IMG/VR virus record: IMGVR_UViG_3300032024_000074
Span: 1-44,424 of that record
From: a virus
Lineage: Duplodnaviria; Caudoviricetes
DNA length: 44,424 bases
Direction: 5' to 3' (one strand)
The notes under the pieces: generated by a model
Database searches by the model: none
Told to the model about the DNA's origin: nothing
Seen by the model: the letters and a program-made list of their open reading frames with translations, nothing else
Program-made: the position numbers and the translations under genes
In this document: positions 26,321 to 34,185 of the stretch, one piece after another
Numbering within the stretch: position 1 is the stretch's first letter
Layout: the number at the start of each line of letters is the position of its first letter

Positions 26321-26961
26321 TAGGCGGTCTGGATGCCCATCGAGACGACCTGCGAGCCCACGATCAGCTCGCCGTAGACGACGGGCACGGGATTGCCCTG
26401 GCCGGCCGCGTTCACCGGGCCCGAGAACTGATACGAGGCCAGCTTCTCCGAGTCCTGCGCGCGCTCGCTGGCTGCGAGGCTCGTCTTCGGGGTGCCTGCG
26501 ATCATCTGCGCGACTCCGCTGAGCACGAGCGAGACGCCGAGAGCGCCTGCCATGAGGAGCCCGGAGGTCAGCGTTGCTTCAGCGATCCCGAGAGCAAGAG
26601 CCGTCGGCCCCGTGCCGACGCCCCAGGTCACGATCGAGACCGCCACGAGCAGGACCACCCCGAGGATGAGTGCAGCGGGGCCGCCATTGTCACCCGCTCC
26701 ACGCACCACGGGCACGAGCTCGAGCCCGCGGCGCCCGAGCGGATGGTCGCCCTGCGAGGCGTCCAGACACTCGCGCCCCATCAGCACCGCGAAGTCGACG
26801 ATCCCGTTGACCCCCATCAGGTACGCGCAGAAGCCGGGCCGGTTCGCCTCGAGCGCGCGCACGGCCTCGCCGGGCGTTGCGACGTCGAGCCAGTGCTCGC
26901 GGCCGAAGCGCTCGCCCAGCTCTCCACGGAGCGTCACGCGACGAAGGTATCCGCTACTCAT
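26320..26961 (-). CDS. Tail assembly protein I (lambda gpI-like)
   Basis: LRGELGERFGR...LDVATPGEAVRAL and SYQFSGPVN...QGNPVPVVYGE. Confidence 0.92.
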   Translation of the reverse strand: MSSGYLRRVTLRGELGERFGREHWLDVATPGEAVRALEANRPGFCAYLMGVNGIVDFAVLMGRECLDASQGDHPLGRRGLELVPVVRGAGDNGGPAALILGVVLLVAVSIVTWGVGTGPTALALGIAEATLTSGLLMAGALGVSLVLSGVAQMIAGTPKTSLAASERAQDSEKLASYQFSGPVNAAGQGNPVPVVYGELIVGSQVVSMGIQTA

Positions 26962-27688
26962 GGTAGGCATCCTCCGGCCGCAAGAGCGTGCGATGTCGCA
27001 GCACACAGAACGTCACGCGCCGCCAATGATCCTCGTACTGAGAGATGCGAGAGAGCTGCTCGTACGGGTGATGGAGCATGAGGCTATCGCCGAGATAGAC
27101 CGCGACGTGGTGCGGAATCTCGTACGCGCGCTGAAAGACGAGCACATCGTTGCCTCGCAGCGCCTGCTTCGGCACCCAGACGAAGCCGATCTCGGAATAG
27201 AGCTTTGCGATGAGATCCTGCCCCTTCTTCCACCAATGATCTTCACGATGCGGATTCGGAAGCGCGATGCCGAGCTTTCGCCAGTAGTAGTCGCGAACGA
27301 GATCGGCGCAGTCCTGCACGCCGGGCACCCATGCGCGACCCTCGAGCGGCGCCTCCCAGCCTATGGGCTCGATCCGCGTGTAGCTTCCGTGCTCGGCGGA
27401 GACGATGATGTATGGCACCCGATGCCGTTCGCACTGCGCGCGGTCGCCCTCGCTCGGCTGTGGCGAGCCCGCATGCGAGTGCCAGACCGCGAGGAGGGTG
27501 CCCGCATCCTCGGCCCGCGCGAACTCCTCGGGGCGGATCGCGAAGTACCGTTCCGGCTCATCGGCGGCGTTCTCGCAGACGATGACCACCTCAGACTCTC
27601 CGCTAGGCGCAACGAGAAACCCGCACGCCTCGCAGGGCGCTACCTCCCGCGCACGCGCCACCATCTCGTCGATCAGCTCGCGTTTCAC
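26954..27688 (-). CDS. Tail assembly protein K (JAB plus NlpC/P60 domains)
   Basis: EACG, VWHSH..PSEGD (JAB); DCADLVRDYY and HHVAVYLG (NlpC). Confidence 0.92.
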   Translation of the reverse strand: MKRELIDEMVARAREVAPCEACGFLVAPSGESEVVIVCENAADEPERYFAIRPEEFARAEDAGTLLAVWHSHAGSPQPSEGDRAQCERHRVPYIIVSAEHGSYTRIEPIGWEAPLEGRAWVPGVQDCADLVRDYYWRKLGIALPNPHREDHWWKKGQDLIAKLYSEIGFVWVPKQALRGNDVLVFQRAYEIPHHVAVYLGDSLMLHHPYEQLSRISQYEDHWRRVTFCVLRHRTLLRPEDAYHE

Positions 27689-28386
27689 CGGGCGATCCGC
27701 GCGGAGCCAGGAAAGCCACCGAAGGGGACGTGCAGGTCGCCGACCGCGCCATGCCTCACTCGACAGCTCGCGAGCCGCTTCCCGCAGCGGTCCTCCGACT
27801 GAACGAACACGTGCCCGTCTAGTGCGTTGTACCAGCGCGTCGGATTCGCGGATGGCACCCAGCCGCAGCCTTCGCCCATGTACCGCCAGGCGCAGGCGTT
27901 CGCGGTCACCTGCCGGCGCGGGAGCATCGCGCCCTCCGCGTCCGAGCGCGTCACCAGCTCCCATTCGATGACGTTCCGCGTCTCGCTGACCTTGCGCTCG
28001 ATGAGGTAGTGGTCCTCGGGCAGCTCGGCGAGAGGGTCGGCTCCCGGCTCGCCGTCGAGATACTGCTCGAACGTTCGCTTTCGGATGACGATCGCGCCGA
28101 CGAGGTCGTCGTACTGCTGGAGCGCGGACTGGAGCATCCCGTTTAGGTTCGCGACCCGCACGCGCGGGCGCGGAAGCTGCCCGGTTGACGTCAGCCCAAA
28201 GCCAATCGCCTCGATCGGGAACGGTGTGTAGGTGTTGCCCTGGAAGACCACAGGAGCATCGGCGCGGGAGACGAAGTTGTGCAGGCGGATCAGCGACGCG
28301 AGCGGATCGATCGGCGACGGATCGAGAACGTACAGCTCCACCAGCGCCCCGGGGTTTAGGCGCTGAACGTCCGTTTCGAGCGGCAT
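27685..28386 (-). CDS. Minor tail protein L (lambda gpL-like)
   Basis: LPRPRVRVAN, RKRTFEQYLD, C.W.Y.GE.C, D.CGKRL.SC and FGGFP, with the Fe-S Cys pattern. Confidence 0.93.
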   Translation of the reverse strand: MPLETDVQRLNPGALVELYVLDPSPIDPLASLIRLHNFVSRADAPVVFQGNTYTPFPIEAIGFGLTSTGQLPRPRVRVANLNGMLQSALQQYDDLVGAIVIRKRTFEQYLDGEPGADPLAELPEDHYLIERKVSETRNVIEWELVTRSDAEGAMLPRRQVTANACAWRYMGEGCGWVPSANPTRWYNALDGHVFVQSEDRCGKRLASCRVRHGAVGDLHVPFGGFPGSARIAR

Positions 28387-28390
28387 CGGT

Positions 28391-28738
28391 TTACGGCCAC
28401 TCCCGCACGGACTCGAACTCGGCCGACAGGTCACCCCAGTTCTGGCCGGAGTACGTCACGCTGTACGCCTTGCAGCGCACGCGCACGGGCTGTCCGGTGT
28501 CGCGCGGGATGAAGTCGAAGGAGTCCACGCCCGCGAGAGCGTCAAGGAACGCCACCATGTCCATGATGACCCTGGCCGGGAGCCGCTCCGCGCGGATCTG
28601 GAAGCTGCGCTTCTGCGCTGCGCGCACGCGCTTGATGCGCTGCGCGTATCCTTCGCCGAACTGCACCTCCATCGGGTCGAAGTCCACCGCCATCGAGGAG
28701 CCGAGAGTGACGGGCCACTGCCAGACGCCGCCGGCCAT
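28391..28738 (-). CDS. Minor tail protein M (distal tail, lambda gpM-like)
   Basis: VQFGEGYAQR...FLD..AGVDSFDF motif and position after the tape measure. Confidence 0.88.
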   Translation of the reverse strand: MAGGVWQWPVTLGSSMAVDFDPMEVQFGEGYAQRIKRVRAAQKRSFQIRAERLPARVIMDMVAFLDALAGVDSFDFIPRDTGQPVRVRCKAYSVTYSGQNWGDLSAEFESVREWP

Positions 28739-28740
28739 CG

Positions 28741-30810
28741 CTACGCATTCCGCGGGCTGGCGAGCAGCCCGCCGGACCGCATCTCATTGCGGATCGTATT
28801 GACCATCGCCGCCTCCGCGAGGCGCGCGAGGGCCTTCCCCGTATTGCCCGCTCCCTGCCCCTGCGTCTGCGACGAGACGCCGCCCGCAGCGTTCACGGTC
28901 ACGTTGGTGACGATGGTCATGCCGCCGCCGCCGAAGCCCATCTCGCCAGCCTTGGACAGCGGGACGATGGCCTCGGGCTGGCCGCCCTCGCCGGCGAGGA
29001 GGAACGTGGGGCGCGTGACGATGCCGCCCGAGGCGGCGCCCGTAGCTGGAATTCCGAAGAAGCCCGCGGCCTTCTCAACCGCCCAGAGCACGGCCATCTT
29101 GATCACCAGCTGCTCGATGCTCTTGAGCATGTCCGCGGCGAAGTCCTGGAATGCCTCGCCGGCGCTCTTGGTGCCGGAGATGAAGTCCGTGAACGCGACG
29201 GCGATCCCGCCGGCGAAGTCCGCCACGATCGTTCCCGTGGCGCTCTCCATGACGTGCGTCCAATCGAGCGTGGCGTCCTTCACGCGACCGGCTGCTGCCT
29301 CCGCCGCCTGGAAGGCCTCCGTGGACTCGCGCACGGTCTGGTTGAACGCGGCCACGGCCTGCTCCTGGGCGGCCGGGTCGCCGCCGAAGAGCTGCATTCG
29401 TTCGTCGAGCGTGGCGCGGGCCTCGAGCAGGCTGCTCATTTGCGCACGCCCGGCAGGGTCCGGGAAGGCCTCGATCCGAGCGCTCTGCAGCGCAGTCGAG
29501 CGCTTGCTCTCGATCTCTGCGCGGCGGTCGCTCTCGCGCTTGGTGACCGCCGTCATGTCGGCCTGATACTTCTCAGTCGCGGCCAGCGACGCGCGCTGGC
29601 CCTCTTCGTGGGCCTGCGCCTGCTTCGCGGCGTTGCCTTTCGCGGCCTCCACGGCGCGGGCCTCGATCTGCTCGATCTGGCTCATGGTCTCGGAAAGGTT
29701 CCGCGCGGCCTGCACCCGGGCCCGATCGAACTCCTCGAGGGTGAGGTCTGCCACGCCGAAGACCGACTTCGAGGCTGAGTCGTGGAGCTGCTCGAGCGCC
29801 TTGCCGTAGTCCTCGGCGGCCTTCTGCGCCTGCGTCGCGGCCCGCTTCGCGGCGGCCGCTAGATCCTCATGATGCTTGAGATCATCTTCGAGCGGCGCAC
29901 CGCTGGCCTTCGGTGCCTTCGTTGGCGCTACTGGCGGAGCGGACTGCGCCAGCATGGCGAACTGGTCCCAGACGGTGAGCGGGTTGCTCTTGTTGAGCGG
30001 ATTCCGAATGAGAGACAAGGTGCGGAGCACGGCTACAATGCCCGAGATCGCGCCGGCGCCCTCGAGCGCCCAGTCCGTCATCTTCCGCAGCTCCGGCAGG
30101 AAGGACGCCGTAAGCTGCGCGCCAGCAGTGGCCCACTGACCCTTCAGAATGTCGAGCTGGTCGCCGAGCGCTTCGAGCCCGCGCGTCGCGTCCTCGCGCA
30201 GCACGATGCCGAAGCGCTCGGCATCGTCGGCCGCACGTTGCAGCCCCGCGGAGCCTTGATTCAGCATGTTGACGAGCTGGGCGCCGGCCCCGCCGTGGCC
30301 CGATCCGAGGAGCTCGACCGCCACCCGCGTCTTGTCGGCGGCATTCGGGAGCTTCGTCTGGAAGGCATCGGCCAGGCGCTTGAGCACCTCCTCGGTCGGC
30401 AGCAGGCTGCCTTTCGCGTCCACCACCGCGACGCCGAGCGCGCGGAAGACGGCGGCCGTCGCGCCGGTGCCCGAGGCGGCCTTCGATATGTTCACGCTGA
30501 GCTTTGTCAGCGACTTGTCGAACATCTCCGTCTCGACGCCGGAAATCTTCGCCGCGTAGGCGAGCTGCTGGTAGGCCTCGATCCCAACTCCGAGCCGGTC
30601 GGCCGTGTCGTGAATGCGCTCTGCCAGCGCCGTGCTCGACTTCACCAGCGCGCCGAAGCCCGCCACGAGCCCGCCGATACCGAGCACGCCCATGACACGC
30701 GAGGCGGAAGACTGGAGCGCACCCAGCGCTCCCTCCACCGATCGGAGCGAGCCCTGCACGCCCGAGGCGCCGTCCGCGCTGAGAACTATCCGAAGGCGCT
30801 CCTCTGCCAT
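28741..30810 (-). CDS. Tail tape measure protein (689 aa)
   Basis: Long Ala-rich helical protein; C-terminal ASGGIVTRPT...AGEGGQPEAIVPL and MRSGGLL. Confidence 0.92.
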   Translation of the reverse strand: MAEERLRIVLSADGASGVQGSLRSVEGALGALQSSASRVMGVLGIGGLVAGFGALVKSSTALAERIHDTADRLGVGIEAYQQLAYAAKISGVETEMFDKSLTKLSVNISKAASGTGATAAVFRALGVAVVDAKGSLLPTEEVLKRLADAFQTKLPNAADKTRVAVELLGSGHGGAGAQLVNMLNQGSAGLQRAADDAERFGIVLREDATRGLEALGDQLDILKGQWATAGAQLTASFLPELRKMTDWALEGAGAISGIVAVLRTLSLIRNPLNKSNPLTVWDQFAMLAQSAPPVAPTKAPKASGAPLEDDLKHHEDLAAAAKRAATQAQKAAEDYGKALEQLHDSASKSVFGVADLTLEEFDRARVQAARNLSETMSQIEQIEARAVEAAKGNAAKQAQAHEEGQRASLAATEKYQADMTAVTKRESDRRAEIESKRSTALQSARIEAFPDPAGRAQMSSLLEARATLDERMQLFGGDPAAQEQAVAAFNQTVRESTEAFQAAEAAAGRVKDATLDWTHVMESATGTIVADFAGGIAVAFTDFISGTKSAGEAFQDFAADMLKSIEQLVIKMAVLWAVEKAAGFFGIPATGAASGGIVTRPTFLLAGEGGQPEAIVPLSKAGEMGFGGGGMTIVTNVTVNAAGGVSSQTQGQGAGNTGKALARLAEAAMVNTIRNEMRSGGLLASPRNA

Positions 30811-31103
30811 CGCAGCGCCTCCCGTTCCTCGGCCAGGATGCCGAGCACGAACCACTGATCGAGCGAGAGATCATCTCGCGCAAACGGATACCCGCCCCGG
30901 AGCAACACCTCGAAGAGCAGGCAGCTCTCGACGATGGGCGGAACGTCTACCGTCTCAGCCCGGATCTTCTTCGCCGGGCACGCCGTCGCGCACTGCGTCT
31001 CCCAGAGCGCCGGAAGCGTGGATTCAAGGTGCGGACACTGAGCGCGATCGACCGCGCACAGGCTCCCCTCGACGATCAGGCGGACGGCGCTCCGGATTTT
31101 CCC
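30786..31103 (-). CDS. Tail assembly chaperone, frameshifted (gpT-like) C-terminal part
   Basis: The -1 frame after G GGA AAA reads GKIRSAVRL...GGYPFARDDLSLDQW and ends overlapping the tape measure start. Confidence 0.75.
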   Translation of the reverse strand, partial: GKIRSAVRLIVEGSLCAVDRAQCPHLESTLPALWETQCATACPAKKIRAETVDVPPIVESCLLFEVLLRGGYPFARDDLSLDQWFVLGILAEEREALRWQRSAFG

Positions 31104-31474
31104 GGCGAGAGCTTGAGCCCTCCGCTGCCCGCCACGTACCGGCCCAGGTGCAGGATCAGCTCGGAGCCCTCGAGACGGACCACGTCCGCAGGCAGCGTCT
31201 CGCCGTTGCCCTCTACGCCCTCGACGTCGACCAGCACGGCATCGCCGAGCACGCGGGTGGCCTCGAGCAGGCCCGCGAGCACGTCGCCATCGATGATCGC
31301 TGGAGACTCGCCGTCGCCGCGCGGCACGCGGCCGTAGAGGGAGCTTGCCTGCGCGTTGTAGGCGATCCACTCGGCCGCTGTCGGCCGGCGGTAGACGAGC
31401 ACGACATCGGAGACGGCGCCGTCGCCATCCTCGACCGTGACCGCCAGCCGCTTCGTTCCTCCGAGCTTGAGCAC
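31076..31474 (-). CDS. Tail assembly chaperone (gpG-like)
   Basis: AGGAGG RBS before GTG 31474; position between tube and tape measure; YRRPT motif. Confidence 0.75.
   Translation of the reverse strand: MLKLGGTKRLAVTVEDGDGAVSDVVLVYRRPTAAEWIAYNAQASSLYGRVPRGDGESPAIIDGDVLAGLLEATRVLGDAVLVDVEGVEGNGETLPADVVRLEGSELILHLGRYVAGSGGLKLSPGKSGAPSA
31097..31103 (-). promoter_or_regulatory. Programmed -1 ribosomal frameshift heptamer G GGA AAA
   Basis: X XXY YYZ heptamer in the correct frame near the end of the chaperone gene, between tail tube and tape measure genes. Confidence 0.8.
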
Positions 31475-31482
31475 CGTGCCTC

Positions 31483-32799
31483 CTACGCCGTCAGGTAATT
31501 CGACAAAAATGCGTTTTGTGTCTGGATCACCACAGTCGGGAACGCCGCGTCCTTGAGCACGAGCATCGACCCGGCCTCGACCCACCGGTTGTCGGTGATC
31601 TTCGTGTCCTTGCTCATGAGCTTGACCTTCGGCCACCAGCACTTCACGAAGAACTTCTCAGTGCTGGCGATCACGGGGCCGATGGCGTCGAAGTAGATGC
31701 TGAAGGCCGTGTTCGCGTCGAAGTTCTGCGAGAGCAGGTAGTCCTTCATTCGGCGGTCGATGTCGATCGTCTGCACCACGTCCCCGTAGTCGATCGACGT
31801 CGCCGTCGGATCCTCCGTGTTCCCCGTTCGCCAGCACCGGCCCACCTTCGCGTTCCAGTCGAGCTTCCAGGTGAGGCTCTCGAGGTCGCAGAGCGCCTGC
31901 TGCCCGCCGGTGAATGTCGGGACCGAGCCCGGCTCCGCGTACTTGCCTGCGAGGAACACCTGGAGGTTGCTGGCCTTGAGCAAGAACTCCGGCTCCACAA
32001 CCAGCGCGGAGAGATCGCTCCACGTGTAGCCGGTCTCGGAGTTCTTCACGTGGTAGGAGCAGCGGTACGGGATGCTCGACAGCCCGTCTCCCGCCAGCCC
32101 CGTGATCGTGAGCGCGTTGGTGCCAGCGTTGTACGCGGTGGGAAACACCTGCGTCTCGAACTGGCCGTCCCCGTTCTGATCGGCCCAGACCGTGACGTTT
32201 GCGAAGGCGTCTCCGACCGGGTCGAAGGCCAGCGTGAGGCTCGTCGCGTTGTTGAGCGCTGTGATCGTCTCGGTCTTGATGGCGCTGGACGAGTCGCCCG
32301 TCCCGAGAACCCCGGCCTCGGTCTTCAGGAACGCCTCCTTGGCGAGCGCCATCTGGAAGCTCGTGAGGCCCAGGTTCATGTGCCGCAAGAACTCGGCCGC
32401 TGCCGCCGTGGACGCGCCGCCCTTTCGGTGCGCGCCGGTGAAGTAGAACGGCTCGGTGGGGTACGCGCTCAACACGGACGTGTGGCGCCGCACGCCCGAG
32501 TAGGGCGTTGTCATGGCGTGGCTGCCCAGGGCGAACGCCGCCATCCACGCGATGCCATCCGGGGTCGCCTTGTCCTGCTTGATCGTGCCCTCGGCCGACT
32601 GGTCCAGAACGTCGATGTCCGTGGCCTCGACCTGGCCCGTCTTCTCGCCCTGGTTTCCCTCGCGCGTCGTCTTTACGTTGATGGCGCTGTCCGCCGACAA
32701 GCGCAGGAGCTTGTCGATGGTCGCCGGCGTGTCGAGCACGGTCTGCGCGAGCGTCGAGACGGCGAGCAGGTCACCGGTGGACTTGTAGTCGATGGCCAT
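31483..32799 (-). CDS. Major tail (tube) protein with inserted accessory domain
   Basis: Position before the chaperones; beta-rich and Thr-rich; ~75-aa insertion at 32053-32277. Confidence 0.75.
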   Translation of the reverse strand: MAIDYKSTGDLLAVSTLAQTVLDTPATIDKLLRLSADSAINVKTTREGNQGEKTGQVEATDIDVLDQSAEGTIKQDKATPDGIAWMAAFALGSHAMTTPYSGVRRHTSVLSAYPTEPFYFTGAHRKGGASTAAAAEFLRHMNLGLTSFQMALAKEAFLKTEAGVLGTGDSSSAIKTETITALNNATSLTLAFDPVGDAFANVTVWADQNGDGQFETQVFPTAYNAGTNALTITGLAGDGLSSIPYRCSYHVKNSETGYTWSDLSALVVEPEFLLKASNLQVFLAGKYAEPGSVPTFTGGQQALCDLESLTWKLDWNAKVGRCWRTGNTEDPTATSIDYGDVVQTIDIDRRMKDYLLSQNFDANTAFSIYFDAIGPVIASTEKFFVKCWWPKVKLMSKDTKITDNRWVEAGSMLVLKDAAFPTVVIQTQNAFLSNYLTA

Positions 32800-32868
32800 G
32801 GAGCGCACCTCTCCCGCTGCGTCACAGACGCCGGGATCTCGGGTTGGCGATGAACAAGTGGAGACTGG

Positions 32869-33276
32869 CTAGGTGAGCCTGTCGTAAGAAGTCTGCACGG
32901 TGAACGTGGCGACGATGCGCCCACCGAGCTCGTCCGTATCCGAGTACGCGCACGAGACGGTCTCGACGAACGTGAGGTCGAGAAGCGCGCTGGTGATCCT
33001 CTCCTCGTCCGGCAGCACGCGGCTCTCGACAACGTCGGCGGTTGCCGCAAGAGAGCCGTAGAGGACAGCGACGCGAAAGGCGCGCAGCGTATCGACGCAG
33101 CCCGCACGCGACGAGCGCTGCTGCGGCTCGACGTCGCCCGGAAGCACCTGGAACTTACGGTCGGACGCCTCCTCGGGGACATCGCGGAACGACCACGTGG
33201 TCGTGAGGCGCTCGTACCCGAGCGAAACCAACGCGGCCACGAGCTGCTGGTAGACGCTTGATGCCGTCTCGCTCAT
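32869..33276 (-). CDS. Putative tail terminator / neck protein
   Basis: Size and position between the head-tail joining and tube genes; ATGA-coupled. Confidence 0.55.
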   Translation of the reverse strand: MSETASSVYQQLVAALVSLGYERLTTTWSFRDVPEEASDRKFQVLPGDVEPQQRSSRAGCVDTLRAFRVAVLYGSLAATADVVESRVLPDEERITSALLDLTFVETVSCAYSDTDELGGRIVATFTVQTSYDRLT

Positions 33277-33659
33277 GCGGATCCTTCCGCCTCGCCGATC
33301 ACGGGAGAGACAGCCCCTGCGGCAGTGCCGAAGACCCCGGGCGCGGCAACCGGGTCAAGCGTTAGGCGCAGCGAGGGCGGGCCCGCAGGCTCGACGCGAC
33401 GCACCTTGTAGTCCTTGCCGCGTACCCGCACACGATGTCCCTGCTTCGGGCGCTCGGCGTGGTCTGCGACGCGCACGTCCAGGATGGGAAGCACGCCGAC
33501 CATCTCGACGTCCGCGACATCGACGAGCTGCGGTGACTCGTCGAAGAGGCCAACGGCTGAGAATGGCGTCCCGCTCGTCGGCGTGTAGGCGTAGCTCTCC
33601 CCCAGAATGCCCTGCGCCGCACCGAAAGCGGCCTGCGTGAGGGCGAGCCAGTCGGACAT
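33273..33659 (-). CDS. Head-tail joining protein (gpFII-like)
   Basis: LGESYAYTP...GLFDE...PILDVR...PKQG.RV.VRGKDYKV pattern. Confidence 0.75.
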   Translation of the reverse strand: MSDWLALTQAAFGAAQGILGESYAYTPTSGTPFSAVGLFDESPQLVDVADVEMVGVLPILDVRVADHAERPKQGHRVRVRGKDYKVRRVEPAGPPSLRLTLDPVAAPGVFGTAAGAVSPVIGEAEGSA

Positions 33660-33727
33660 CGCACCTCCAGTCAGCTACTCCGCCGCCACCACGGGCGCAG
33701 CGGCGGAGTAGCCGAAGGTCGCAGGGG

Positions 33728-34081
33728 CTAAGCAGCGACCGATGTGCGCGGGCTCGTCACGAGCAGCATGTCCACTAGAAGCTCGCCGGCGCCGGCCCCG
33801 GTGGCCGACGCTGCGATGCCGACTTCCTTCTGGCTGGTGCTGGTCTTGTTCACGCACTTGTTCGTGTCGTCCCAGTAAAGGACGTCACCCACCGCAACGG
33901 CGAGCGATGCGGTCTTCGCGATCGTGACGATGCCGGTAACGGCGACGGGGATCACGTCCCCGCTCACGCCGCTGATCGTGGGAACACCGAAGAGCTGGCC
34001 CGTGAGCAGGCCAATACCGGCCGTGACGGCACCACCTGCCGTGATGTCGACAACGTCTCCGGGAGCTACGAACGTCTTCAT
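33728..34081 (-). CDS. DUF2190-family capsid cement/decoration protein
   Basis: MKTFVAPGDVV...LFGVP...VGDVLYWD motif, directly after the major capsid gene. Confidence 0.85.
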   Translation of the reverse strand: MKTFVAPGDVVDITAGGAVTAGIGLLTGQLFGVPTISGVSGDVIPVAVTGIVTIAKTASLAVAVGDVLYWDDTNKCVNKTSTSQKEVGIAASATGAGAGELLVDMLLVTSPRTSVAA

Positions 34082-34115
34082 GATGTCTCCTGTGTCTCCG
34101 CACTTGCGGAGACTG

Positions 34116-34149
34116 AAAAGAGAAAGGGGCGGCCGGAGCCGCCCCTTTC
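34116..34149 (-). terminator. Rho-independent terminator after the major capsid gene
   Basis: Perfect 12-bp stem GAAAGGGGCGGC-TCCG-GCCGCCCCTTTC followed by TCTTTT on the minus strand. Confidence 0.8.
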
Positions 34150-34185
34150 ATGGGGTCATCGTTTGTCTCGCAGATGCCTTCAGCG

